From Callorhinchus milii (Eukaryota), in contig NW_024704742.1 in assembly GCF_018977255.1 (NCBI RefSeq), forward strand, positions 38,628,001 to 38,692,000: DNA of 64,000 nt. The letters are read 5' to 3'. Made by a program: the position numbers and the translations under genes. The notes under the pieces were generated by a model. That model saw only the letters and a program-made list of their open reading frames with translations, had not been told where the DNA came from and ran no database searches. How positions within the stretch are numbered: the stretch's first letter is position 1; the number at the start of each line of letters is the position of its first letter. Below are positions 22,958 to 35,852 of this stretch, piece by piece.

Positions 22958-25900
22958 CTGCAAACAGATAGGATAGGGATCAGAGTGAGTGGCAACAGCA
23001 TAAACCCACCTCCCTGAAACACATGAGCAGGCAACACCCAATGGTATGAGCAGTGAGGTATGGAAAGCCTCCCTCCTGGTCTTTGTCTCCCTCCCCACCC
23101 TTCATCACAGCTCTGGACCATTTCCCAAGTAAGGGAAAATCCTCCAAATTCCACCTACTAGACCATAAAAGTATTTTTTTCTTAAACATTTAAGGGTTCT
23201 TGCACACAATCAGTAGATTGTTTAATGCAGCCTTAATTTGGAAGCTAATTCTTTTTAACAACCACAGAAAAGATCTTCCAAATTATGACTGGATTTTAAG
23301 AATTTTCCACAATTCTGCGTGGATTAAAGTTTTAAGACAAAATGGTCTTGTGCCTCCATTGATCCCATTCTGCATGTGTGTGAAGATGGGTCAGGTGTGA
23401 CTGATGCCTTTCAGTCTCTGAATGAGGTACACATGAAACCCCAAGTATACAACTATACCCCCAGTAGAACGACAAGAGTCAAAATGCGTTCAGGAAGAGG
23501 AAAGGAAATGATTGGAAAAGGACATTTGGCAGAGAGTGCAAAACAATCTTTGTTAGTGACCCACAAAGGTCTTTCTTACCACAATGACCTACAAATGGAC
23601 AACTGCAGCATCTCACTGTGCCCATGTTCATTCAGTTTATTCACATGTTACAATTCCTGAGAAACTATTTTCTCCAGTTATAATGGAAGCAATTAAAAGA
23701 ACTTGAAACAATGTTGAGAAAATAAAACAATAGTGACAAATCTACTGAAGGAAATGGTACCTCAAAACAGGTATCTTCATGAAGTCTAAACTGGGTTGTG
23801 CTAACAGCCCACAGGCTAGCTACATTCAAACACAACAAAAATGATTACAAGTGATCCTATAACCTGTATTGAATCATTATATATTAAAAATCACCTGTGA
23901 ATATTTGAACATGATTAGCCCATGTGCTCATACCCCAATCTGTATTTTAGACCCCAAATGACCCAATTGCTGTCTTCTAACATATCCTTCCAGCAATTTT
24001 TAAAAATAAAAATGTTTTGTTGCATTGCACAAAAGCTCTGCCTGATCCCTGACTCTTTCATCTCTAACCTCTTGCAAGTAGCAGCCTCATTTCATTCTCT
24101 ATTTTACTGATGCGGACAAATGCAAAATTATACATTTTGGGAGGAAGAATAAGCATATGTTGTTTGGTAAAGTATTAAAAGGAGTGGAAGAGGAAAGGGA
24201 CTCGGCAGGAATTAATTTGCATAAATCCTTAAAGATGGGAAGGCAGGTGGACAAAGCTGTCAAAAAGCAAATGGAATCTTAGGTTTTATAAATAGGGGTA
24301 TAGAATATAAAAGCAAACAGGTAAAGCTAAACTTATATAAATTGTTAGTTAGAATATTGTGTCCAGTATTGGTCACACCACTTTAGAAAAGATATCAAGG
24401 GGTGCAGTGGACATTTTACAGGGATAAGTGGTTTGGCCAATGAATGGAGGAACTGGGACTTTTTCCGCTGGAACAAAAGTTGAATGGTGATCTGATTGAG
24501 GCCTTTAAAATTATGAGGGCTTTAGATAGAGTCAGTGGGGAGAAATTATTTCACTGGAAATGAGTCAGAAAATAGAGGGCATCAATTTAATATAGGTAGT
24601 AAACAAGAAAATGGGGAGGATAGTTGAAAGTTTTTCACACAGAGTAGCCAAGATATGGCATTCTCGGCTGGGAGCGGTGTTTGAGGCAAAAACTATATTG
24701 GCCTTCAAGAGGGAACTAGACAAGATACCTTAAAAAGAGACAACTACAGGTGTGCGCAGAAATGGCAGGTAAATGGGTTTGAAAAGATTCTGTGCTATAA
24801 ATTTCTATGGTTTTATGATACTCCCATAGACATTACCCCTCTGAAACCCTCCTTCCTTGTTCCTGCTAAGCTCCAGAATGGCAGCCAGGCTAGGCTTCCT
24901 CTTTGTAGTATTATTGTAGAAATCAAAGTAAACAAAGTGTTTCCTCCGTAAACTCATTCTTCTCCAAGATCTCAGGACTGTGGATCTCCTCTCTTTGCTT
25001 TGTCTTCCCTCCTGCAATCTGCAAGCTTTCAAGATTCGGACTTCTTCACAATTTATCTCATCTACTGTTCTGTTTAACTTTCTACCCTGTACTATGTGCC
25101 TTGGCCTGGCATCTAGCTTACTCAATAAAAGGTACAACAGAAATAGCATTGCTCTTTTTGCAGTCTGGTGTCCAATACGGAGATCCTGCCAATGTTACAC
25201 ATTGTAAAGGAAACAGCCAAGGTAAACAAAACTGACAGGAAACATTTTTCAGAGAATGAGTCTCCTCTCTCCCGACATCGTCACTTTCTTTCTCATACTG
25301 TATCACTCACTCTCTCTACACACACTCTCAGTCCACCATTTCCCCACTCTGCTTGTTTCTCGAATGTTTTCTGTCTCCCGCTCTCACGGGACTTGCATTT
25401 CCTCTTTGCTCAGTCAACATCCTGAAAGTCCCCCTCCTTGCCTCATTGTTCAATGATCCCCATCCGCTATGTAGATGATGCCTGAATACGCAGACAAAAC
25501 CTTGATTTAATATCTTATCCGAAGGCTGAAGTAAGTTCTTACTCATAAAGATATGGTTTGACGTTTTTGACTGGGACCAAGGTTATCTGTGACTGGAGAT
25601 TCCAGTGTCAATATCATACTCAGTTAACACAGTAACATAATGGGAAGTGCTCACATGGAATCATTAAGATTTGGTTACTAATATGAATTGCAAAATGATT
25701 TGAATATCTATTTGAAGTTGTTTAGAATAAGGACAACTGATGTGAGAGTAGAAGGATTCACCCTAGTGCAGTAGAGAGTGGCCTAAGAATTTACTTTATT
25801 AGGACAGAGTAAAGAAAGCTTTACCCTCTGGCCATTAGGAGAGCAATGACAGAAGGTTCAGCACAGAAAGAAGCTGTTTAATTCATCATGACTATGATGT

Positions 25901-28900
25901 CAGCTCCCCTTCTTTTAGCTGCTCAAATCCCATTGCCTTGCTGTTATTCCAGATCCTCTATTATCTTCATTCTATAAGTTTTATATCTAGTTTCCTGCTA
26001 AATGTTGTAATTGACTTATCTTCAGGTACATTGACGTGGTTGTAAAACTAGGTGAACATATTTCTAAAAATACATGTAAGTGAGAGTCACACAACCTCCT
26101 CTAATGTTCCTATCAATAAACTCAATTAAGTTAGTTAGAAGCGACCTACCTTTTAAAAACCACACTGGCTGTCCCTGATCAGTTCATACTTACCCAACTG
26201 CTCAGTTACTCTGTCCCTGGTGATGGATTCTAGTCATTTTCTCACTACTGATGTTAAACTCACCGGACCATATTTACTTTCTATTTGTCCCTTCCTCCCT
26301 TCTTGATTATTGGGTGACAATCTTCCTGTATTACTCTTGAATCCAGAGAGCTTTGAAAGAAGGGACAAACCAAGTAACTACAGTATCTCAGCATATTTGA
26401 ACCCCTGACTCTCTGCTCTGTATGGCTCAGTTGGTTTATTTGCCCACTACACCCACTGAAAAGCGATCAGTTTTTTTAAAAAAATGATTGTTACATAATA
26501 TTATGTAAGGGCAGTGGTTTGGAATCAGGACTTCAAGGAACAAGGCTACTTCCATCGTCCGTTGTTTTAATGAAAATACGTTCTGTAATTAGGTAAGCAG
26601 GATGCATCCCTCCAGGGAGAGAGTGTGCATTCCATTCCACCAATCTACCTCTGGAATGTGAGGTGGGATCCATGGAATTCTCAGTTTGGTTTGGATCCCC
26701 TTAAGTATGGTGATGGATGTCCACATGTGTCAGACCCCCCCAAAAAAAATTAATGAGAAACTCGAATGAAGGGGAAATACTCACAGAGCAGGACACCAAC
26801 CAAGATTGGAAACAAAGAGGAGAGGAGATTAGACAAAATAAAGAAATATTTGTTCGATGATTTCCACCTTGGGCTTAAGAAGTTTGCAGATGGTAGGAGG
26901 AAGGGAATAGTGAGGGAATCATAGAATCATCGAATTGCAACACACACGGAAGCCATTCAGACCATTGTGCTTGTTCCAACTTAGTCACTGAAGCTAACTC
27001 CTCCAATCCTAGTCCTCTGCTCTTTCCCTGTACACATTTACATTTTTTCTCTCTTCATTTATTCAATCCCTTTTTGAATGTTCTGGTTTCGAAGACTGAG
27101 GGAAGTGAGAGGTTTGGTTCGATATTTAAAGTTATCAAGGGATATTTTTGTTAGGACACCTCCACAGTCAAATCGCAGTGTGCCTGAAACTTGCGGATTT
27201 AATGATTGAGGCAAAAGTATATTTTACAACAAGTTCAATCTGCCACTCTAATAAACTCTTGGCCTGGGTCACAACAGTCAGGCGTTGAATGGAGGCTGGG
27301 ACTTCCTACAGGCAGGAGACAGAAGAGAAGTGTGGTGTCAGCTGCTGTCATACACATGCTAATCGCAGAATCAGGCTGTGAATGACACGCTCTTTGACAG
27401 AAACACCAACAACAACAGATGAAGAATTGGTCTTAAGGCAATTTTGAAGGTGCAGAGGGAAGGGAGAATGGTGGAGGGATACTGGAATGGAATTCCAGAG
27501 AACTGGAGCAGAGTGGCTGAAAGCTTGCCCAATGATGGTTGGGTGGAGCGGGCAGGGAATGTGAAGCATGTTTGCTGAACAAATGCAGCAGCCAGGGCTG
27601 TCGGGTCGCAGGAAGTCACAGGAGCTCAAGCTCCAATGTGAGGCTGGAACTCACAACCTTCTGACCCAGAGGAGAGAGTGCTGGCAACTGAGCCAAGTCG
27701 ACAGCTGATATGACATTGATATCTAATTTCCATAATCAAGTGTTACTGCACACAGAACAGGGTTAGAGCAACCAATTAGAGCGGCACTGCCAAGCTCAGG
27801 AGTGTAACATTGCTGAAACAGGATGAAAAAACATTCAGGATAAAGATAATCTTGAGATGCTACGCTCTGCTAATTTTGTAGCCACCATTCCTGCGGGAAA
27901 TGTAATTGTTTAAAACACTACTAATGGTAGAAAGGGAATTTCCAAACAATTGGCTGTAAAGAACATTTTTTTTTTAAAAAAGGAAACTGCAAATCCTATG
28001 TCAATGGGATTGCAGTTTCCCAACGGCAATAATTATTTTTAAAAACTAATTAGGTGAAAGCAATGCAATATTTTTTTTTCTTTGAAAACAAATGACCTTG
28101 GTTACAAAATAGTTTACAGCTACGCCAACATACCTGAAAGCCACGTCAATTACAACATTTAACAGGGAGTTAGACAAAATCAGTTGAAGAATGAAGATGT
28201 GAAATGCTATGGGGAAGGAACAGGGGAATGGGACTAGAGTGGATAGTTCCAGTGGGAAAGATTGCACCAGCACATGCACTATAAATTAATGGCCATCTCT
28301 GTGGTGAAATGGCTAAGATTTCCCAGTGGGTAAAGCTACTTCTTAGTACAGCACTAAGCCATTTAGTGAGGAGCAATTCCACCTGGGGCTAACATTACTC
28401 TTATTTATGTAGTATTAGAGCATTCAAGAGTTTGGCAAATTGTCAAATTCAGTCTTAACTTTGAAATTTGTCTTCTGTAGGCTCTTATAACAACTTATGA
28501 GTATCAGCAGCAGCTGGCCTTGTGACCATGGCAGGAGGTAGTCAGACCCAATCCTGAGCCACCCTGTATCATGTACATGTCCTGCAAAGGAACTGGATTG
28601 CAGTAGGAAAGTGCTGCTCTCATTTTTCTCCAGTCTAAAGGTGCTGAGGCCAGTTGAAGTGACACTTTGACCAATATCAGACAATTCAGCACAGACTGGA
28701 TAAAACCTGTAGATTCCTGCCTGGTTGACTTGACTGAATTCCACTCAATTCCAGGGGTATTGAGATGAAAGTCTTTTTTCTGTTTGCTATCAAATTGGAC
28801 CATCTCAATCCAAGGTGTCTACGCAGCAAAAGATGCTGAACATTCAGCACAAATCAAGCAATCTAATGGAAATGTTACATTGTACAATAAGGGGTGCGCT

Positions 28901-31900
28901 GTGCCTGAACTGGGAGACTGTATAACTGTGCTGTGTCTAAACTATGATTGATGCACTGGGCAGACTGAGATGGATGTTCTTGAAATGTTCCACCAGCTAA
29001 TACCATTAGACAGCATTTATATTCAAGTATATACACAAACATATTTAAACATGCAACTAACTAACTGTGTGCACACATCTATGGCGCTGGTACAGCACTC
29101 ACAGAACACACATAAAACCAAATTATTGTATTCATAAAAAGGAGTGGGAAACCAGAAAACATCCCCAACACTCTGAGGCTTTGGTCACACTCAGGACACC
29201 CATGAACACACACACACACACACACACATACTAGGCAGGCAGATAGTTTTGAAGACTTCACTAAAACAGATGAGCTGTTGAAAAGCATCTCCTCACCGTT
29301 GCCTGGAGATCATCAGTTTTGACGATCAGGTCATCCAGCTTCTCGCCTCTTTCCAAAACTTTGTCAATGTTTTGTCTCATGATGCCGCTGACATCATCGA
29401 CTTGATCCTGCAGATCGGACAACTTGTCTGGGTTTGGATCCACAACATAACTCGCCTGCCAAGAAAGGAATCACTTTCAGTGCAGTTGTGAAAGGCTCAG
29501 TCAAATTATTACAAAAATAAACTAAAAGTTAACTTAAAAATCATCCCTAAGTCCAGAAACCTGATTGATGGATATGTTCAAGTCAATGTGTTTCCAGAGT
29601 GGAATTCTCTCGAGTCTAAGTGATTTGGCTGATTCACTTCCAGTAACCTGAAGGTTAATAATAATAATAATCCTTGCATTTGATACAGCGCCTTATCACG
29701 TTTGGAAACATCTCAAATAATAATCCCTCCAAAACCAAAAACAATAATAAATTGGTCATTTTCAATCTACGACTGTTTGTGGGACATTGCTGTGCACAAT
29801 TGGCTGCCGCGTTCACCCACAAATATACAGTCAATTCACTTTACAGTGTGTTCTGTGAAGCGCTTTGGGACGTCCTCCCGACGTGAAAAGCGCTATATCA
29901 AATGCAAGGATTGTTATTATTATAAAACGCTCAAAGAATATATTGTAAAATGGAGTGACTGTGTGTTTTGTGGGCGAAATGCAATTTCCCCATTCGTAAC
30001 TCAAAATATTTATAATAACAATACAAAATATTTATTAAGGAATGCCAGTTTACTTCAAGCTTCACGTCCCCTGTGAACGAGTCGGATCTGCAGTTTAGAT
30101 CCAATGTATTAAAATTCCTCCTTGGCCACTCTCCCTGTGGCTCTGCAGGTAAACACAACAACTTACATCTAGTATCTTTTATCTAGTAGTAAGTAAGAAC
30201 TCACTTGTTAGTCGATTGGCGGATCGCTTTCCGGGGATAATAATCCCTTCAAAATAATTATAGTTTGGTCACTCAATCCACGACTGTTTGTGGGACGCTG
30301 CCGCATTTCGCCCACAAATATACAGTCAATTCACTTTACAGCATATTCTGTGAAGCGCTTTGAGATGTCGAGAAGACGTGAAAAGCGTTATATCAAATAC
30401 AACGATTATTATTATTATTATTATTACATTTGTATAGTGTTCTTTATGTAGAATAAGGGCAGGGACGAGAGCCATGGAAGAGGTGACCAAAGGCATGACC
30501 AAAGTAGTTTTTAAGCTGGCACTTAAAGACAGAGAGGGGATGAGACAGGGAGTCGAGGGGGTGAGTTTCAGAGGTTAGGGGCGTAGAAACAGAAAGTTCA
30601 GCCTCTGTTGGTAGGGCGGATATGCCACCTGGTGGGATACAAACCAGTAAAGATCCCAGCTTTGATGCCCAGTCCATGCTGAGTTAGCTGATCTCAGGCA
30701 GGGCTGCCATTATTAATCCTTACATTTGATATAGCACGGTTTAAGTTGTCATGACATCTCCAAGAGCTTCACAGGATTAACTGTAAGTAGATTGTGAGAT
30801 GTGTATTTTGGGTATACGTTAAACCTGTGTATGAGACTTTAAACCAACGGGACCTCGGTTTAATGTCTCATCTGAAGGAGGTACCTCCAACAATGCAACA
30901 CCCCCCAGCACTGCATTGCAGTGACATCTTAATTGTGATTTCAAGTCCCAATGTGGGGCTTGAACCCACAACCCTCTGACTCACAGCAAGTGTGCTACCA
31001 CTATGCCAGGCTGACACACAAGAGGGTCACTAGTATTGGGTTCAAGACTCCTGGTTCATTAAGATGAGAAAAAAATCAACCAGAGCTCCAGCTCTTTCTC
31101 CCTCTCCTGAGACCCCTGCTGGAAACAGTGTGGATATGCATTCTGAGTGAGGAGAGGATAATAATAATAATAATCCTTGCATTTGATATAGCGCTTTTCA
31201 CGTCGGGAGGACGTCCCAAAGTGCTTCACAGAACACACTGTAAAGTGAATTGACTGTATATTTGTGGGCGAACGCGGCAGCCAATTGCGCACAGCAATGT
31301 CCCACAAACAGTTGTAGATCGAAAATGGCCAATTTATTATTGTTTTTGGTTTTGGAGGGATTATTATTAGGCTCTGTGTGGAGTAAGGAAACTTGCCCAA
31401 GGTTTCGCCCTCTGCCTGGAATTGAACTCAGGTCTCTCGCTTGCAAAGCGAGTGCTCTAACCACTGAGCTACAGGACTCCAAAGGATGAGGCTTGGCGAC
31501 ATTGTGCCCTCACTATCTGGGTTCACACATAAAGGTCACTTGGTTGAGGTATGGGAGGGTGTCCGATGAAGATGGAACAATAAGGTGGTGTTTTCAGGAA
31601 AGGAGGAGTCAGCCTGCACAGGCTACAGATCATCCAGAACTTTGCAGACCGTGTCCTCTCCCACACCAGGCTCTGCGACCCTATCACCCCCATCCTCACC
31701 CAACTCCACTGGCTTCCCATCACACAGAGGATACAGTTCAAGATCCTGGTCCTCACCTTCAAAGCCCTCCATGGTCTTGCTCCCCACTACCTGTGCAACC
31801 TCCTTACCCCCTACCATCCTGTTCAGTCCCTCCGCTCAGCGGGCTCTGGCCTGCTTCATGTCCCCACCATTGGCCACTTTGTGCCACACTGCCCCACCCT

Positions 31901-32937
31901 CTGGAGCCCCATTCCGCAGTCCCTCCACCTCGCCCCCTCCCTCTCCACTTTCAAGACCCGTCTCAAGACCCTCCTCTTCAACCGTGCTTTCGATCTTCCC
32001 GCTTCCCCCCATGCCCTCCACCCTCACGCACTCTGACCCCCAGCTCGGGCCCGTAACTCTGTCTGTCAAGTGCCTTGGGACTTCCTCCCGACGTGAAAGG
32101 CGCTATACAAATGTCATTTTGTTGTTGCTGTTGTGAGGAGGGGAATCCTTATCCGAGTGTCTTTGAGTATATGCAGCATTGAAATGACAATGGAACAAAT
32201 AACAATTTGACATGTGAAGAATCAGCAGGGTTCAGTGGCTTATATACAGGGTGACCAAAAAGTCGTGATACCATTACAATGTCTAATAAATCTTAAAGAA
32301 ATGATAATTTTTTTTAGATAATAGGGAAGCTGAAAAATAGGCCTTTTTGGTCCAAATTACAAAAGCAAACAAAGCTTTGAGGAGGCGCTGTCTGTGCCAG
32401 GGAGGAAATAAACAGCCGAACATCACTTTGTCTCTCATGTGAATCATGCAAAGACAAGTTGCCACAAGGTAGAGCTGCCTTAGTCAGGCCTTTGCCAGAG
32501 TTTGCTTGTTTTTCACCTTTTTCCCAAAGACTTTCCAATAAAGACCAGCAGTGCCCCCTGTAAACTGTTCACAGTTTCACAAACAAGATCGACAAACAGA
32601 GGTAAACAACATGCCACGTCAGGAGAATTAAAACACCAAAACAAAGCTAAACACTGTAATTTCTTACTTCAGGCTACAGTATTCTTACTCGTGTTTCTAT
32701 CTAATCTGTTAACCTCTCATTTATTAAGTAAAATCAGGATCCTATGTCGAATTGTCATGGCAATTATTCTCTAACAAAGCTGGTGACTCAGTCTCTCCCC
32801 GGACTGAGGTTTCTCTCTAGAGCAACACGCTTACCTTATACACACCCTCCATTGAAAGTCGATATTTTATTCTACTCAATGGCAGCCGCTTTGTCAAACA
32901 AACGCGTCTGCCTTCCGATAATGTGCAAACTTACCAT
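22814..32937 (-). CDS. VAMP8-like R-SNARE, complement(join(22814-22957,29297-29455,32935-32937)), 101 aa
   Basis: SNARE motif [61 protein letters not shown] with zero-layer Arg, then a C-terminal TM ending [12 protein letters not shown]-only exon 1, 159-nt exon 2 and phase-0 junctions resemble VAMP8. Confidence 0.88.
24110..24780 (+). mobile_element. CR1 LINE 3' fragment
   Basis: [22 protein letters not shown] and FFTQR-like motifs, degraded. Confidence 0.8.
29297..29455 (-). CDS. VAMP8-like exon 2 (SNARE coil, 159 nt)
   Basis: ttcctttcttggcag|[22 protein letters not shown]|gtgagg. Confidence 0.92.
29717..29922 (+). mobile_element. 5'-truncated young SINE nested in an older antisense SINE
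   Basis: Flanked by minus-strand SINE tail (29656-29716) and body (29925-29985). Confidence 0.85.
30180..30426 (+). mobile_element. SINE (long variant, 5'-truncated)
   Basis: Colinear with family; (TTA)n tail. Confidence 0.85.
30710..31020 (-). mobile_element. Old Deu-domain SINE (SacSINE/AmnSINE-like); related copies ~1650-2060, 6960-7285, 36445-36830, 45955-46195
   Basis: GGACCTCGGTTTAATGTCTCATCTGAAGGA..CCTCCAACAATGCA core and tRNA head GGGGCTTGAACCCACAACC. Confidence 0.7.
31159..31480 (-). mobile_element. Young full-length tRNA-SINE
   Basis: Near-identical to the 10572-10897 copy. Confidence 0.92.
31590..32133 (+). mobile_element. L2 LINE 3' fragment
   Basis: Same family; ends TTTTGTTGTTGCTGTTG. 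Confidence 0.88.
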
Positions 32938-33250
32938 TGTTTCTCTCTCAAAGTTGAGTGCGACACAGAAAACCCACGAGTTAATATTTGACTCAGGCGA
33001 GGGGAGTCTCGATGAGACCAGAGACTGTAGAGAGTGAGCTGTGCGGTGACTTCCCTCTGCTGGGTCTAGTGATGCGCAACCCCTGACATTGCCTGTTAGT
33101 GGGTCAATCACAGCCCCATTTCAGCCCGGTGAAGCTCTCCCTACTTGCCGGGTATTTACTACACAGCAGCAGTAAATACTGTGTGTGCATCATGACCCAG
33201 CCCCTCAGAAACCAACCCGGCCCCACGACAGGCAGCAGCTGGCTTCCTTG
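32800..33250 (-). promoter_or_regulatory. Putative VAMP8-like promoter / first exon region
   Basis: Local CpG enrichment around the ATG-only exon in otherwise CpG-poor DNA. Confidence 0.5.
32935..32937 (-). CDS. VAMP8-like exon 1 coding part (ATG only)
   Basis: Minus strand GAGAAACAATG|GTAAGT: A at -3, perfect donor, in a locally CpG-enriched patch; phase 0 fits exon 2. Confidence 0.7.
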
Positions 33251-34919
33251 CTCATTCCCTCATGATCATCTTCACCTACCATTGCAGATGCTGCTATACC
33301 CAGTGAGATGTCGGAAGTTCACCTAGCTTATGGGAAGGGGCAACGGCAAACTCTTGGCAAACCTGAAGCAAAAGGAATAAAACATAGAATTACATACAAC
33401 ATTAAAGCATGGGAAAAAGGCCATTTGGCTAGACTAATCTGTGCTGGTGTTTCCACCCCACACCAGCATCCATCCCTCCTATTCCCCTCACCTGATTCCC
33501 TCTATTCCACTCTCTCTCATCTATGCATCAAGTTATGTCTTAAATACATTGACTATTCTTGTGCTTCATCCACAGCTTCCTGCAGTGAGTCGGTTGATCT
33601 CTTTGCATGGGGTTGTAGGGAAGCAAACAAAAGAAAAAAACTTACATCGTCTTGTCACATCAAAAAGTCTCAAAGTGCTTCACATGTACTTACTGTCATG
33701 TTTAGTGACTGTTTTTGTAGAGACCTGGCAGCTATTTTGTACCAGCAATATCCACCACTCAATATTATTATTCTTTTATTATTCAGTTATTGGCAGATGA
33801 AGAAGAGGCTCAGAATAATATAATTATGTGGATAATAATGAGGATGAACGACTGACTATGCTGATACTTCAGTCATATGTACTGTGTATTTGTGCCGCCT
33901 GTAGGATTCAGTCTGGGTCTGACAAATGATTAACCTCTGGAGGACACAGTACAACTTGAACTTTGCACCTAAAGTACAGTTTCTGTCAGAACCTAACAGG
34001 AGCTCTACTTATTCCCAGGAAAACACATTGACATCATGATTAAAGAACCCTTCACTTGTTCTAACTAGCTTTTTGCTGTTTAACAGTGGGAGTGAGCAAT
34101 GGGAGCCAGCAATCGATGTGAACACCTAGACCGATTCCCAGATGGTGAAGTGCAGGCCTGGATCAGGGGTTGTTAAGAGGGGATTTAATAAAGGCTTTCT
34201 GAAATACGGTTGGTTCTGATAATGATAAATAGAGCAAGGAGGGCATTGGAAAATCCAGTGAAAATACTTGTTGATAAATATTGAGTAAAGGCAGCATTGG
34301 GCTGAGCTAAGAACACGCATTGACCAGTCACACACACTTGAATGTATAGGAGCTGATGGCAGTCACTGACAAACCCCAGCAAGTCAACATGTTCAGCAGG
34401 GAAAGTGGGGCTAGAATTGGTGGAGGGAGAGAAAATTAGGTCAGGAAGGTAAGGACGTCTGCATAAAAGTACAAAGCAAATAAAACAAGAGATAGAGGAT
34501 GAATTACACATTCCTCATTCTCAAATGTCTACAGATTGAAAAGTAAAAAGTCTCACTTACACCAGTGAAGCTATTATGAACAATCAAACAAAGGCAGCAC
34601 AAATGCTGTGTTGTTCAACACTGTCTCTCCAGTGCTTAAATATGTTGCATTATCAGTAGTTGTATATACAAACAGATACTGTATATAATAATGATAATAA
34701 TCCTTATATTTGGCATAGCCCCTTTCATGTCAGGAAGACGTCTCAAAGTGCTTCACAGGATATATTGTAAGGTGCAGCGACTGTGTGTTTTGTGCGTAAA
34801 CACAATAGCCAATTTGGACACTTTGTGCAGCAGCTAATGTCCTGAACTCCTGCCAGTTTTTAGTGTCTGTTTATTGGAGATAAACTCTCCTTTTTAATAT
34901 CTATATGCTCCTGCTTGCA

Positions 34920-35480
34920 ATGGCATCCTCAGGCATGGAGTCAATTTCCACAAGTATGCAGATAACACTTTCTCTGGCTCTACCTTCGATTCCAAGACCA
35001 CTGCTGTTCTGACTGAGTCTGTCAGTCACCAATTGCTGGATAAGAGCTAACTTTCTCCAGTTGAATGTTGACAAGACAGAGGCCTGCCTGGTTGACTCCT
35101 GTCAGTTCAGACATTGACTAGTAATCTCATGGAGTCAGTGCGGAACCTCAGTGTTTTGTTCGACACCCACTTATTCTTTAAACACCATAACAGTGCTCTG
35201 ACCCATTCAACTTTGCCCACCTCTGTAACATTGCCCACCTCCAACACTCCCTCTGCCCTTGGGCACGGAGACCCTTATACACATATTCATCATGGCCAGG
35301 ATTGACGCCACCTACCCTCTGCTTGTCGGACTCCTTCCTCCATCAGCTGCAGACCATTTAGAACTCTACAGTTCGTGTCCCACACCGGGCTCAATATGCC
35401 CATACCCCCATCATCGCCCGGTTGCACTGGCGCCCATCCCCCAGAAGATAGAGTTCAAGATCCTCATCCTCACCTTGGAG
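34920..35480 (+). mobile_element. Degraded L2 fragment
   Basis: YAD-like, FLQLNVDKTEA and IEFKIL motifs. Confidence 0.75.
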
Positions 35481-35527
35481 CTCGCTGCTTTGCTATCCCT
35501 CAGAAATTGTGTAATTTCCCCAATAAC

Positions 35528-35852
35528 TGGAGTCCTGTAGCTCAGTGGTTGGAGCAAGCGAGCGGACCTGGGTTCGATTCCTGGCAGGGTGAAATGTTGG
35601 GCAAGTTTACTTACTCCACACGCCTCTGTTTACCTAGCAGTAAGTGGGAACCCGGTTATTAGTCAATTGACGGATGGCTTTTCTGGGGGTAATAATTTCT
35701 TTAAAAAAATTGTTCACTTCAATCCAGGACTGTTTGTGGGACACTGCTGTGCGCAATTGGCTGCTGTGTTTCATCAACAAAATATGCAGTCAATTCACTT
35801 TACAGTATATTCTGTGAAGCGCTTTGAGACATCTCGATCAAATGCAAGGATT
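35528..35852 (+). mobile_element. tRNA-SINE (long variant)
   Basis: A/B boxes and extra internal segment. Confidence 0.85.

Noticed and set aside
25465..25510. Possible second hammerhead remnant (GATGATGCCTG..CAGACAAAAC)
   Set aside because: Both catalytic boxes deviate from consensus; too degenerate to call.
32244..32275. Tc1/mariner-like TIR TA-CAGGGTGACCAAAAAGTC
   Set aside because: No convincing partner TIR found; at most a solo remnant.
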